Assembly (NCBI GenBank): GCA_051362555.1
Contig: CM120640.1
Span: 32,383,967-32,447,966 of the forward strand
Origin: Lingula anatina
Lineage: Eukaryota > Animalia > Brachiopoda
Length of the DNA: 64,000 nt
Reading direction: 5' to 3'
The translations under genes were made by a program, and so were the position numbers. The notes beneath the pieces are model-generated. The model did no database searches and was not told where the DNA came from. It was given only the letters and a program-made list of their open reading frames with translations. This document shows positions 1-14,340 of this stretch, one piece after another; the stretch's first letter is position 1, and each line of letters starts with the position of its first letter.

Positions 1-754
1 ACAAAACAAGAAACACCAAATTCTCAAAAACCCTCATACCAGTTCTTTTAAAAACGGATTCTAGAAACCTAAGATGTATTATGACACATCTTGAAAGTCT
101 TGAAATTCGTAGAAAAAAAACGCTTCTTCTTAGTATTGCAAGAAGGTGCAAGAGGACAAGACACAACCCTAGGCCAAATAATAGATGTAAACATCGACGG
201 TTATGGAATTGCACTTTGTTACACCGGCTACACATGCACAAAAGAATATGCCCCTTACTGGATGTGTTTTGTTCACTAATCTACGAGAAAGCGTGAACTT
301 TCGGAAAACAAATGAGCCAACCTTAATTGCCCAAGATTGCGCATATGTTAACTTAATCCTTACTTAAGATAAAGGCAAAGAAATTCAAAGTAAGAATACC
401 AGCACTAAACAGTACAAATCCTAAAATCAGACTGATCGAACAAAATGGATATCTACCGACAGCTAGGAAATCGAAAAGATAAGTCAGTACACTAACATAA
501 GCCTACCAGGAGATATGGACTTAAAATTTCAGAGCATCACGGAATTCCCGCTCCCACGCTGAAACCAACTGTAATATCAAATTGATCTAAACAGAAGACT
601 TGTCAAGCAGTGATTCGCATGTAGAACAATGTTCATTTGAAAGCAAATCTTTCACACAAACAATAAAGGGGTCGAGACCGCCAAGTCGCAGATGGTATTA
701 TAAGAAACTTTTCGACATTCTTTTTTACTCGGGTGTCTTATTACGTTAATTCAC

Positions 755-755
<1 letters not shown>

Positions 756-795
<40 letters not shown>
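756..795. repeat. (CT)n microsatellite
   Basis: Pure TC dinucleotide run; it explains the SLSLSL ORF at 733-963. Confidence 0.95.
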
Positions 796-797
<2 letters not shown>

Positions 798-2868
798 ACG
801 CACACCCACCGAGCACGCAATCACGTACACGCGTGCACTCAGACACAGCAATGTATTTAGAAAATGTGCTATGGATAATCTTTTCTTCCTTGACAAAATT
901 GAAGGAAACGTATCACCAAAGGAGAATGTCTTCGTTTCTGAAGAATTAAATTACTCGCCATGAATCCCGCTCCCACCCTCTGAGTCGAACCGAGATAATC
1001 TCATCAGAAAATATCTATCATTTTCTAAAATGGGCACAGCTAGTTCATGCTGGTTAAGACATGCTGCTCTGCAATAGTTTACCTTTTTAGTCTAAATGAG
1101 CCAATGGGACAATCGTATCTGATGTCAATTTGTATATTTCAAAAGAACATTATTTGTGTGATTCAAAAACGAGGATAGAAGTATACCGATATCCGCTTTA
1201 CGACAAAAGAGATCAAATTGCTGTAAAATCTTGCAAAATCACTCCGAAATATCACGCAGAGACAAATGTTTAAGATCAGAGACCACTCATTGCGACTGAT
1301 TTGATTTTGATGATCAAGTCTCTAACTTCACAGAGATTTAGCCTCTCAATGACGACGAAGTTTCATCGTCGATGATTATTGTTTCATTTATTACATTTCG
1401 TGACGAACGCCGGGGATCGAGTTTGAAAAGAAAATCGCCTCAGTGTAGAACAAAAACCAAGCCTCCCCTGTTTCTCAGAAACACTTCGCTTACCTCACTG
1501 CAAGAAATTGGTTGATTAATGTAATCAGAGAATTCGACTCTAGCGTGGCCTGACTCTGTTCTGTGTAACGTTAATTTTGATGAACGATGCATGCTGATTT
1601 CCTCGTGTACTTGTAAAGTTAAAGGTTAACGACAGTTTAAATCTCTGCCTGGCCCAAGGTCTCGAGGGTGAAAGGAATTAAAGGCAATTATGTTAACACA
1701 AATGTTATTATTCATTACATTTACCAGGCAACCAGCTGGGGGTGAGTTGGAGGAATTAAATGCCAAATACGCTGTACGTGTTACAAAAATATTATTTTCT
1801 GATATTTCAGAGTTCACTTTTTAAATTAATATATTCTACATAAAACATAGTTATTTTTAAAATTTTTAAGATTTTTAATCTTTTTAAAATTTAAAGACCA
1901 GATATCGAGAGCCTTACAATGCGTTTGAAACCACATTTTGATCACGTAAATAGTGATATTGCACCTGAATGGGGCACCTAGGAATCAGGACGCCGTAAAA
2001 ACTTCAAAAAGTTGGAAGCCCTGGCCGGGATTTAATGACTATTCCACTCTTCGTGTTTGATAAGTATCTTCTCATTTTAAGGCAAGCAATGTGGTAACAT
2101 GTCTAAAGATGCTGGTCGATGCTTGTAAGATGTTCACTTGAGCGAGTCCCTAGTATTCCAATATAGAGATGCGATGGGTTTTGAGCACATGCCATCTTAT
2201 GGACAACGCACTATTGCCACAGTTCCGCATATATGTTAGATATATATACGTATAGAAAACAAACCCCCGTGATTGGGACCGGTGTTAGAGTTGGAATGAG
2301 CTTCCACTCTGGGCTGGGTATGTAAGAATGGCGACTACCCGTTTTGTCAATATGTTCTTTGTATAGAAACATGACCAATGCCTTCTGTTTGCAGTAATAA
2401 CTCAGTAATCACTTAGGGGTAAAAAATTCATTTTGAATAAGACAAATTTTATGTAAATTTCCAATTTCAGCTCACACATTTATGATGGGAAAAGAAAGGT
2501 ATAGCAATACACACCGAAAAGAGAAAAAATGTAAATGTTGCACATAGGTTGAAGATTTCATATACCGGTATACCTTTATTATATGGATTTTTAAAAGTAC
2601 ATAAAGAGATACAGGTACTATTGGACGAGACCGCCATACAAATTGTTCCAACTTTTGTCTTGCTAACAACATTAAAGAGATAAGAAATCGTTTTGCTAGC
2701 TAGAATTTAACTTCCAAAGCGAAAAAATATTTTGTTTGTTCGTTTTTTTCCTTTTGATATATTTTGTTTTACTTTCATGAAAGACGTATTCCATGCAAGC
2801 GCATGATGCCACTGCGAAGTCGGTTTCCCTCGGTACCGAACCACAATTGTTTTAGACAAAGCCATGTA

Positions 2869-2960
2869 GTGTGTGTGTGTGTGCGTGCGTGTGTGCATGT
2901 GTGTGTGTATGTGTGTGTAAACTAGTGTGTGTGTGTGTTTCTGTGTGTGTGTGTGCGTGT

Positions 2961-2991
<31 letters not shown>
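2869..2991. repeat. Interrupted (GT)n microsatellite
   Basis: GT run with a few GC/AT interruptions. Confidence 0.95.
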
Positions 2992-4368
2992 CGCTTCAGT
3001 ACCATTTTTGACCTATTAAGGAAGAAGAAATTGTGTCCTCATAGTTCGACAGGAAAGGAAGCGGAATAATTGGCAACATATTAAATAATCACATAGCAGT
3101 GATGACATTTCATGGTTGTGTGCGTAATGTATGTTTGAAATGCCTTTTTCACACGCTTTAAGTTATCGTTGACTTTACACCTACGGTGCTTGTCTTCGTC
3201 ATGTCATCCAAATTTGGGGTTTAATGATCCATTTGAAGCATACACTGCCCACGTGTACAAAGAGACAAAAATAACTACGTTTGCTACCCACCAGGTCGAC
3301 AAGGGACCTAAACCAAAATGTGATAAGTGGATTTTTTTGACGTAAAGTCACAGACCATCAAATGTCACGTGAACATCCAATTAAAAGATCTTCACGATTT
3401 CAAAAATTGCTGTCGCTCCAAGAGGAAAACAATTTATCACAAACCAAACTCGAAAGTGTTTTCAACATTTCATCTTCCATCTACCTTCTTGCACTTGAAA
3501 TGTTTCACCGCTCCGTTTAGAGTTGGTGTGGGGCGATAATTGGTGTAAGAAAATATGGCCAGATGGCCTACTCAGTAATGTACCTATGCTCATCTGAGTC
3601 TGGCTTCGGTTTCGGAACTGTTTCGCTCTAAAATGCAACTCACATGTATAAGAATTTACTGCTAGAGGTTAATTTACAATCTTTTTTTTTTTTTTTTTTT
3701 TTTGGGGGGGGGGATTAAAAAGCCCTTACACCTGTCGCATTCCAATTTATTCCAAATACACGGTGAAATTAAGCAAAGTGCCTTCAGCACTTGGAATTGG
3801 GCTAAATGTTATGGTGGTCCAGGTGAATATGCTGGCTACGTGTCTTCCCACTTTGAGGCTTAAACGAGAATTTCACTCCCTATAGAATGAGCTTCAGTGA
3901 TTCGATTCGTTATTAGATTAAAGACTTCAGTTGTTTATTTGTTGTTTATTTCACTAATTTAAACAAACTACATGCTTACATTTTAACAAAATTACCTTAT
4001 GAACGAGATTTACACATGTTCAAATACCGTTTTTTTTTCTAAAAACATCTAGTACTGTTTAGTGTCAGCAAATATTTATTATATATATACATAAATATTG
4101 GAGATTCACTTGACAATGATAGCACATTGCACTCAACTAATCTTTCAATCGCTTTCCAGCAAGAGACATAGAATCTGTAATTCGTCTGATATACAGTTAA
4201 CAATAATTTTTCAACTTGTATTACAAAAATCATGGAAACGGCGTAATTCGTATTAATATCTTCTTTCATAATATTTGCAAACTTTGAAATGTCCTCGTCG
4301 TATGGCCTTTTCACTGAAAGATTTGTCTTTACAGTTACCAACTACGCCTCCTGCACACACCATAACAT

Positions 4369-5532
4369 TTACAAACTTGGGTTTCGCGAACAGTTCAACA
4401 GTTTTCTCATATCATCCCGAAAGTTTTGGTTCATAAAAGAATAAATGACGGGATTGGCAACATGGTTGAGAAAGTAGAAGTAAAAGAAAATTTTAGCAAG
4501 GTCCGGATTTCTGATAGTTAGAAGCTTCGAAGTAATTAGCATTGCAGGGAAGAAGCTGATGATGAACACAACGGCGACAACAAATAACATGGCGGCAGTT
4601 TTTATGTTAGCTTGTCTATCCCTTGCCTTCTCCATGGCGCGACGTCTTTCAAACTCTGTGGGAGGCCGAGTCGTTAAATGTATCTTCTCTGTACCGTTCT
4701 CTTCTACTGGAAATGTGTTCAATTCCGTTTCCTCTGTTATCAAACCCGACTGACCATCGGCATAGCTCAGTTTCGGGAGCTTTGCTTTCTGCTTTTGTCT
4801 CTTGGCGCGCCGTTCCAGAAGGGATTTGTACAACAAGGAGTACAGCACCACCACCACGACCAGGGACAGAATGTAAAGACAGATGTGAAAATATTTAAAG
4901 TTCTTTCTCACAGATCGCCCCAGGATGAATGTATTTGCAGTGCAGTGCCCGGTGTCTAAAATCACCATCAACGTTTCATTCTTTGTGTCCAAATTTGTTC
5001 CGTTGCCGATCCCAGTTTCAGGCACAACGGGGCACAGCTGAGTGACACCATAGCAAAGGCACACGATGAGTCCTTCCAGTGCAGCTACAGCCGCCAATAA
5101 CACCACAATGAGTTTGGCTCTTGTCAGATTCATCAGGTGTGAAAATGGATGACAGATGAACACGTACCTGTCGACCGCAATGGCAGCCATAATAAAAGAG
5201 GAGAATGGAACCGAAGAGGTCATGATAAAGTGATAAAACTTGCAAAGAAAATCTGACTGAATGTAGCCATCTAGATATTCCATACAAAGTGTCAGTGGAA
5301 CATTCACCAGGCAGGTGAAAAAATCAACCACTGCCAATGTCAATATGAATAGAGTCGAAGTCTGTTGATCCCGTTTCTTGTGGTAGACCGCGAACACCAA
5401 GGCGTTGCCCATTACGCCAGTTATGCTCAGGAAGCCGAGCATGGCAAAGATGACATATCTTTCATCATTGAATTGTTTGTGTGGCGATGCATTGCAGGCA
5501 TAGTGGCCTGATATGTTAGCAACCTCAACCAT
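4369..5532 (-). CDS. Class A (rhodopsin-like) G-protein-coupled receptor, orphan/peptide-receptor-like, intronless CDS, 387 aa
   Basis: Seven hydrophobic segments with TM1 GN, TM2 LAVVD, TM3 C...AIAVDRY, TM6 FIISFFP and TM7 NPVIY followed by helix-8 NFRDD. N-terminal sequons NIS and NAS. The first ATG is at 5532; the track ORF starts at a TTG at 5559 just after an in-frame TAA. Probable upstream acceptor TTTTTTCCTTTTACAG with the exon starting at 6070. Confidence 0.93.
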   Translation of the reverse strand: MVEVANISGHYACNASPHKQFNDERYVIFAMLGFLSITGVMGNALVFAVYHKKRDQQTSTLFILTLAVVDFFTCLVNVPLTLCMEYLDGYIQSDFLCKFYHFIMTSSVPFSSFIMAAIAVDRYVFICHPFSHLMNLTRAKLIVVLLAAVAALEGLIVCLCYGVTQLCPVVPETGIGNGTNLDTKNETLMVILDTGHCTANTFILGRSVRKNFKYFHICLYILSLVVVVVLYSLLYKSLLERRAKRQKQKAKLPKLSYADGQSGLITEETELNTFPVEENGTEKIHLTTRPPTEFERRRAMEKARDRQANIKTAAMLFVVAVVFIISFFPAMLITSKLLTIRNPDLAKIFFYFYFLNHVANPVIYSFMNQNFRDDMRKLLNCSRNPSL

Positions 5533-8500
5533 GACTGCGATTGTGATGAAATCCCGCAAAGTTTAAATCAAAGGTTATAGATCCGGATGTGAGAAGTCAA
5601 AATGAAGAGGCATGCGTCACAGCTCTGCGCACGAACAGAGGATAACGACATACAACACGAGCTTAATGAAAAGGCTCGTATTTAACAGGCGTTGGTGTCC
5701 GAATCAAGTAGGAAAACGCTGATGGATGGAGGCTCAGAATACAGTTAATAGAAATGCGTGTTACGGGTAAATTGCTTCGTCCGCAAATACGGTTTTTGAA
5801 GTTTTATTTGACGAAGTAATTTTCCTAGAAGAATAAAGCATCCAAATAAGTGGCCTCTTGGAGAAGTAATTTCCGATAAAGTTCCAAGCCTCCTTTTGTC
5901 ACCTGTCTACATGGTTCCTTTTAAGTCAACACTGTGAACCTAGTTATGAACGATGTCGTGTCTTCTTTGCAACCTTTTTTTACATTTTGTAGTCTTCAAC
6001 AAGGCAAGTGAGACGTGACCTTTGCACATATGGATTCGCCCAGATATTATCGATATCCTCTTTAGAAGATCTGTAAAAGGAAAAAATATGACAAAAATTA
6101 CCTTTTATGTTTCGTTACACAGCTCAAGCAGATCACCTGTAAGATGTTCAGTGTATCACGTAAAAGATTTTTTTTAAATATGCATCAAATCATAATGTAA
6201 TGTATATCTTTATTACTGCAAGAAAAATCTAGTAGAAAACTTGGACACGTTAATATTACTCGGCTGATATTAATCTTTTAACCAGAATCAAACAACAATC
6301 CGGTTTGTGTTGTCTCTCGTCAGGGGAGACGAAGCCCAAAGAAAAAGATATGAAAGAGACATTCATGATTCGGAACATTAAGTAAGTGTAATGTAAGTAA
6401 AAAAAAGCTCATAAGGGCCATGAGTCACAGCAACAAGGAAGAATTACCGGTAAAGAGCCCAGAATCCGGTGCTTCTTATATTGAATATAGACGTTACGGC
6501 AAAATGTCTTTAAAATCAATGCATCATAATAGGAAATAGGGAATGCAGCAAGCGTAGGACAACTATAAGGATGTTAATTACGTTCAGTTCATCATAGACA
6601 CATGCCAACATTGCATTTTCTGATAACGCAGTCGGCCGTTTCCATTACTACCTATTGCAACACACATAACTACGCATAACAACAGCGTTTTTACAAAGAC
6701 CCGTGATATTGTGCCGGTTATGGCAAAAAGAAAAAAAACATCATTACTCCTACAGAATTTCTTTTATCACTCAACACATACTTACTCTTCCTGCTACTCT
6801 TAATTCTTAATGTCATCGATCTTTTACATAATACAACGTTATACTCGTTTTCACTTTTGAACTGATTTTTCGTAAAGTTTCTCGTCTAGTGAAACCAAAT
6901 TTGAAACAACTGATGTCTGGATATTTGATAAAATTAATATTACTTAATTTTATCAAAATTGTGTGTTTGAACACTTTTACCACAACTGATGACATGTACG
7001 GAAGTGTATTGATAATAAACCGTGGCATAACATCAATAATATCTCCCGTCTGAATAAAGTCTCAAATTGTTTGGATTTTCCCTTTTCCGCTCTGACAGCT
7101 TCTTCTTTATAATCCCTGACAACTGTAAGCGAAAGATTGAATTCTTAAACGCAATGGGAATCGAGATAGACACGACCATGTTACTTTGGAAGACAAGGTA
7201 AAGAAAATAAACCCTACAAGTAATCGATTGAAGAGGCTTAACTTACGTAAGAGTATCGACAAAAAGGAAAAAAATGTTAGTTACATATTGAGTGAATCTG
7301 CGAGAAGATCAAGAGCTTCAAAATGTTGTCTGTCAATAAAATCTTCACAAGTTGACCTAAGTTAGCGAGACAACGTATCATCTACTCTACTACCGGCAAT
7401 TTACGGATTATGTCTATAGGCCTACCTTTGACATTTAAAAAAAGCGAAGGGTCAGGTTCACAAGTAAAGAAGAGCTGTTTTGTTGACAGTCAAGCACCAG
7501 GACACATTGTAATTAGTGGACACCTCTTCAGTTATGTAATCTACATTCTCTAAATACAAGAGGGCGTTCGCCAAATTTTACATACATGTAATAATGTGAG
7601 GTAAGTTTTCGCGGTATTTCGAATGATTTGGAAGTAAAAGCAGCAGTTGACCGTTTTGAGGAACGACAAAAGTTCCTATTAGAGATGGGCCAATTGCTGT
7701 CCAAGACATGTAAAATATCACGCCAATTACCAATAAACACCGGTTGATAAACCTGGTCATTAATAAAACATCAGAGCTTCGTAAACTGCCGTTACGGTCT
7801 ATCAACTTTATTGTCAGAGAAATACAGACGATGTTGATAACACTTTTAGTGCTGAATCTAATTTCTTTTGTTATTATCCTCGTTGCTTTTATTGTTATCG
7901 CTATCATTTCCCCACAGAACGGTGCTTCAGCGTGAACAGCTTCTTATTGCCCATGCTGGAATCCAGAAAGCGGTCTCAGGACGATCATATTTTTATGTAG
8001 GCCTATATTTTGTGAAAGCTTTTTTCTCTGATATGTAATATCTTATATGCGCGTTCTGTGGCAAAATCATTTTTATTTAAATCCCAAACCGATCCTTTAA
8101 TTATTCTTTATTTCTATAGACAAATTGTGGATTTTGTATTTTAATATATTTTATACGACAAATTTCTACATTTCTTGATAGTATATCGTAAAACCCTCCA
8201 AACCTTTTCCTTTATTAATATGTAATTGCGAAAACAGATTTTTTTTGGGATCATAACTTCTCTTGTGCGGCCATTCTATACGTCACAGTGTCTGAAATCA
8301 AAACCGTTCTGAATAACATAGGTAATGGGCTTTTGTTATAATCACCATGAAATATCATATCTATAATGTTCATCACCGCCATCACGTCCAAATAATTAAC
8401 TATAAATCTGCCTTTTAATGTGTTTTTTTTTTCTTGGTGCGTCAAAAAACGGAATCAATCAAATTAACGAAAACAGAAATCAGAGGAAAGATGCACGAGG

Positions 8501-8980
8501 CTAAAATAATTCATGGAAACTGGTCTCTACTTAGGCTCATTACCTCGTGAATCCTGTTAGAGCTGCACAGTCAGTATCAATAACAGATAAATATATATTG
8601 GCTGCTTTAATCAAATGATCGCCCCAAGTGTCGCCTTGATTCGCTTGATTTTTAATTTTATCGACACCGGGAACTTGATGTTATTATTTTTGAGAGACAG
8701 GTCGGTGGGTTTGGAAATGGAGTTTGATAGATATCCTCTAAAGAGGGACCTACTGTCAATTAAAATTGTTTAAAAAAAGTTTTTTAATCGAGACTTAATA
8801 ATGTGAGCTGTGTCCTACTGGCAAACCACGTTGGTTCTAGGTTGGCTCTGGTTCGTGACCAACGTTACGATACCACGTGGTCCAACATTGGCTCAGGTAT
8901 TGTACGTGCCCAATGTCAGTGCAACACTTGGTCTTACGTTGACCTGGCATACACAACTGCTACACCAATATCAATAAAGC

Positions 8981-9117
8981 CCGGTGTAACAGGAATGGAA
9001 GTCCGCTAGGAACCGTGGTCCGCTTGCCATTACTTATATACATGTACTAACCCCAATACTCCAACTTACCCTAACCTAGGACTTCTATTCCTAGAACTTC
9101 CGTTCTTGTTACACTAG
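8981..9117. mobile_element. Small MITE-like element with ~19-bp imperfect TIRs
   Basis: GTGTAACAGGAATGGAAGT (8984-9002) is inverted to ACTTCCGTTCTTGTTACAC (9096-9114) with 2 mismatches; the interior has CCCTAACC-like motifs. Confidence 0.55.
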
Positions 9118-12100
9118 CATTCTTACCCAAGACTTAAGAAATATGTGTATCCAAGTAGTAGTACCGATGTTGGCCCTGGATACTGACCAATGCAAGCACG
9201 ACAAGTGATCCAATATTTGCTCACGGTTAAAAGGTACGCAACTGCTATACCAACTTTACCTGCGCAATAAGCTACTGGGCGCTATACAACGTTGACATAA
9301 CAAAATATGCCTCATGGAACACGAATTACAGAATAACGTCCTAAAAAGATCCGACGCATTATCTACACAACTGAGGATACTTACAGCCACAACAGCATGT
9401 ATCAAAATATATCAGTTCTGACTCCAACATTATTACCGTGTCTGACACATCTATTAGGTAAAGGAATGTGCTGCTCGACTTAAAAAGTACAATAATTGGT
9501 TTCTAACAGAACCAACTATTATTTTCCTACCTGCTAGATGAAAAATGCCCTTAAATCGAACTACCTATGGACAATTTTGGTTGAATCGATGTACAACAAA
9601 AGGACCATCCAGGGATACCAAGCTGTATTAGGAAAAAGCATTACTGTGCTGCCGCACGTCCAAACGCCTCTGTACGACTGGGATATAGCTGCTAAATAGC
9701 TTCAAAAGGTGACATTCTTAGGAAAAGATTATTCTGTTTCAAACTGTAGATTACGATTGTATCCTGCCATTTATTCGAGATAACCAGTGCCCTATATTTG
9801 ACTTAAAATTAAGTCTTCAATCAAGATTGCATAAAGAAGTAATTCCTTTATCCAACTTGTCTAAGGCTTCGCAAATTGTGTATCGTCTAACAGAAAGTCA
9901 ATTCCGATTGTTTTCAATTGAAACTTTAATAGAAGAGCAGTCTGTCACGGAGTCAATGACAATAATCTTTCTGCATATTCTTACTGGCTGGAACGATTGG
10001 AAATGATGTTATGAGAAACATGAGTATTAGAGTTATGAGTATTGGGAAACATTTTTACATCGGAATCAAATAGACCCATTGCAAAATAAACATACCCAAA
10101 CATAGATGGGATGGTCCAAAATAAATGTTACTGAGTTCAAAATTTAATAACGTCAACAGATTTGAAGATATGGCAATTAAATTTGGGATATCTTAAGAAA
10201 ACGAGGTGCCAAATCTGCCAGACATTGAAACTATCAGACTAACATAGACCGGTATGGTGTTTTCTGACCTATGATTTACATTTTTTCGGTGTGCTAAAAC
10301 TAAAAAAGGGGAGGGACATGAAATTTTAACATTTACTATATGCATCATGTTCCTAAAACACCCCAAATTTAATTTCAGTATCTTCAAAATTGTTGAAGTT
10401 ATTAAATTTTGAAATTAGTAACATTTCATGAGCCACCAGATATGGAGAATTAACGATCGCTGCCTCATTAATAACGCCTACGCGTATTAAAACAATGGTC
10501 GCGTTATCAATGAGTCATGACTCATTACAATATTGCCTCGTTCACTGCTTTTTTTTTTCAAAACCAGACAAAGAAAAGATTGAATATAAAAATACATATC
10601 TTCAGTGGATTAAAGCATGGGGATCTAGATTAAAAGAGAAACTACTGATGTTTATTTGACTGAAGGATGTCACGTCAAAGCATACTGGTACCGAAAGGAC
10701 CACTGATCGGGGTGAGCGTAATCTGCCTAAAATAAAAAAGTAAACCTTTGCATGAATAATTGACATTTTGCAATAGGATATCAGAGATTGCGTGTCACCT
10801 TATAGTAGTAAAAAATGGAAATAAAATAGAAAAAAATTTTATGATCATCTGGCACCCAAGCGTACCATATTGAGATAATAATGCGTAAAGAATCACCCGA
10901 GTTTGCATTACTCATCATACGATCCATCTTATCGCTATTTCAAATAATGGGGCGCATATTTCAACATTTTTTCCTTATGCGTGACGTACAATTCGAAAAA
11001 AAAGGTGACATGTGAAGAAAATTAGTACATTTAAGCCCCTGCAAAGGAGGAACCACACTATGTCAGATGAAAAAAGCTGCAATAATGAAAGTTAATAAAC
11101 ACTGACGCTGACTATCAAATATTTCCAAAGCCCAGGTTGTGAGAGAAAGACTCGTTTTTAAAGCAGTCACCAGCCAGGTGTAACAGATCATCAGTCGACG
11201 TCACGCAGGGGCTAAAAGAGATAAAAGCTATGACAATAATTATTCATGCTTTTCAACTTCATAATATAGTACTTGGATTTTTATTGGTGCTAAGCAGTAT
11301 AAGTTAGTTTTAATGCTACGTCTGGAATGTCAAGTACAACAGATGCGGTCTGAGGTGTAAGAGAGCTGTGATGAAAAACGTGTAGTAGACCTACATGTTG
11401 AATTCTGACACTTTAAGCCACCGTGATGCTCACGTCTGTTACGGTTCTACACTGGTCCTCAGATCTAATTGAGTCCCTTTTAATGGATGAAAACGTGTGA
11501 GATAACTTGTAAAATGGACTTTATCAAATCTTGACTAAAAAGATAAGATCATAATGCTGATCCTTCGAGCCAATGTGTGGAGGTAAAGAAAACATTATTC
11601 TTTGGGCCACATGGGATCTCGTAACAAACCCTTGCTCGGTCTATTTTGAAAGCATGTGAATGTGTCGGCGCCGTGAATTATTGCCGTGAATATCAATTTT
11701 TCACGAACGCTTAATACCTTTATCATTCCACAGGTTCATCTATCATTTTAATGGACCAAAAAACCCATTTGTATGTTCACTTTTATTACTGCTAGGTGAA
11801 GACGTACGCTACAATTTGTTAAATGTTTGGATTTAATCGTTTACATTTCCCGCCGGGCAGCCTAATGAGGCAGTGGTTTCAGCTTTTAGAGGAATAATGT
11901 TTACGTTTTCATTCATCTATCATTTTTCAATATCGGCACGCTCTTAACGAGTACCTTCAACGGGTATTAATTTTACTCCTTTATCACGCTTACTCATGTT
12001 AAAATTAGATATTGGAGTGCATCTCTTAGAATTGTTGCTGCCTGGTCGGTGTACTATCAATATTACGTAATATCTCACCTGAAAATAACACGTTTTTTTA

Positions 12101-13954
12101 AAATAAATTTTGTTTATCTCAAATTTTGTTCTTCTGAAATGAATTCGGCCAGTTGGTCAGTGAACATTCATCAACTGACATTAAACCACTGAGGTGAGCA
12201 ATAATATAAAATTTTGATTAAATCTAAATCAAAAATAGTTAAGAAGTTAATGCAAACTTTCGGATAGTTTACAATATAATATATTTTTGTGGTGAGAGTG
12301 GACGACCACGTTGATGAACTGAGATTCGGCAGGGTTTTTTCGATCTTCTTGTAATCTTAAAATAGGATGACTGAAGTTGTAAGACAGTGGTACCAACTTG
12401 TTATAAAACGGATTAAGATAGTAAGTCGAGCAGACAAACAGAATTATTCTAAGTTATGTCACTGAGAAAATTTAGTTACGCTCAATATGATTTGGCTTTC
12501 AGCGAACGCATTTTCAAATGGAAAAAAATGACAGATATTTGTATATGATTAAATTTGACTGATAGTGTTGAATAAGTGAAGTTTTGCGTGATGAAAGGTC
12601 ACAAGAAAATGGCAGCTTTTACATTCAGCTAATTTTTGTGGACAATGAATAATTCCTCCTCCAAGATTTGAGCCTTTCACAATCTCATCTAGCAATCAAT
12701 ACAATCGGAGTCTAATGATCATAACTTTGGATGTTACAGGATATTGTTCATTCTTTGTTGGTAAATTACGTCTATTACCCAGACCCTATTTCCGCCTTGG
12801 AACTACTTGAGAAGCTGATTTACCACTGTTTCGCTAATGCAACCTGTGTACTCTGGTGTATTTTATATACAAAAGCAATATAACAATTGAGAACGGGATA
12901 TGTGTTTAATAGCAAATTAACAAATTTAGGAACAAGAGTTCCGTTGCTTTAAAAAACACACCATGAAGTTAATGCCAAATAGGCTTTCAACAACGCGTGT
13001 TAAACTGTTACTGCATATAATAAATGCCATATTGTACTCATTCGGAAACTACTCTATCAACATTCTAATTAACAACATGACGAAAAAATGAATATTAACT
13101 GAATTAAATTCATCAGTTTTGAAAATGCTCCACCGGTTTTTGTGGCCATCATGTTACGCAAAATCTTTGTCAAATGCAGTCTCAAAGGCTTACCATAAGA
13201 GCACCACTGCCCCCACCACTACTACTACTGCTACACTACAAAAATCCTAATTTGGAATTATTCTCAATAAGCTATATTGCACAAACGAAAACGTTTTAGT
13301 GACTGAAAGTTGAAGATAAGATGAAACTCGATGCATCTTCACAAATGATCAGAAATTCTTTGAAGTCACAAGATGAGCAATTTGCTTAACAACGGGGATC
13401 CTTAAATGTAAATTGGTCTGGTCAACTTGTGACAGAACTTAGTTTAATCTTCGATAAACGATAAAACTCTGATTTCGTTAATCAAAATAACATGTTTTGA
13501 ATCTTTTGTAATAGGGGAGCTTCAGCTACTTTTACTATCATATGCATGTAATGTTAGTCCCATGCACTGCAAGGAATGGAAAACTTAGAGTATACATTAC
13601 TTGGATTCAATTTCCGTAGGACCCAAGGCTCCCAAGTAATGCAAGTCCTACGTGTCGTAATCCACGTCCTACTAGTGCGCGCATTCCTAAAATTCTAGAG
13701 TAGAAGTGGAGTTGTAACGTATGTCCTATAGGCCTATACATTACATACGAAAGTATCCACGAATTATTAGATATCTTTCATCATATTTATAGCTTACTAT
13801 AAAATTTTATTGCATATTGATAGGATTTCATAATGGATGGACAGAGATTGCTGCCATAGGTGCACATGTAGTAGGAATAAAAGTCCGGTAGTAATACAAG
13901 TCCTACTTAGTTGTGAGCTATGAACCTAAGTCCCATTGGTACGACTGCTCCTAA

Positions 13955-14340
13955 AACCCCCTTTACACTGGACGGCGACCTTTCTGCGTCCTTTGTGTGA
14001 CCATGAAACTGGCATCGCTGTGGTCGTAAAAAGGAGGCACAAGCATCGCTTTGGTTGCAGAATTATCATCATCATCATCATCATCATCCCTAACCTCCGT
14101 ATATCGTAGATTGTCGCCACACTCCATGGACCAAGCCCCTCCACCTCTTTCTACTGCCGTCCTCGTGACTTCTATTAAACTCTTTCTTGTCCATTTCTGT
14201 ATGATGGTCTTCCATCCAAAATGAATTGCAGAATGAATGCTCAATAATCGACCAGTTGTCGGCACGTAAAATATTTTTAACTCTCAAACAGTGCCGTGCT
14301 ACGGGACGCAGAAAGGACGCCGTCCAGTGTAAAGGGGGCT
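13955..14340. mobile_element. PIF/Harbinger-type MITE (386 bp)
   Basis: ~37-bp TIRs AACCCCCTTTACACTGGACGGCGACCTTTCTGCGTCC / GGACGCAGAAAGGACGCCGTCCAGTGTAAAGGGGGCT (2 mismatches). TAA on both flanks (13952-13954, 14341-14343). Contains (ATC)8 at 14065-14088. Confidence 0.85.

Noticed and set aside
81-296. Overlapping short ORFs at the window start
   Set aside because: No recognisable domain or splice context.
3682-3713. T run as the polyA tail of a GPCR retrocopy
   Set aside because: It abuts a G run, similar T/G homopolymer pairs occur elsewhere (e.g. ~38065-38085), no TSD is visible, and the gene has an upstream splice acceptor.
5533-5559. GPCR start at 5559 as given in the ORF track
   Set aside because: That codon is TTG; the first ATG is 5532 and gives a normal glycosylated N-terminus.
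9420-9700. Possible LINE-derived coding remnant
   Set aside because: Short open stretches only, with no RT or endonuclease motif that I can identify.
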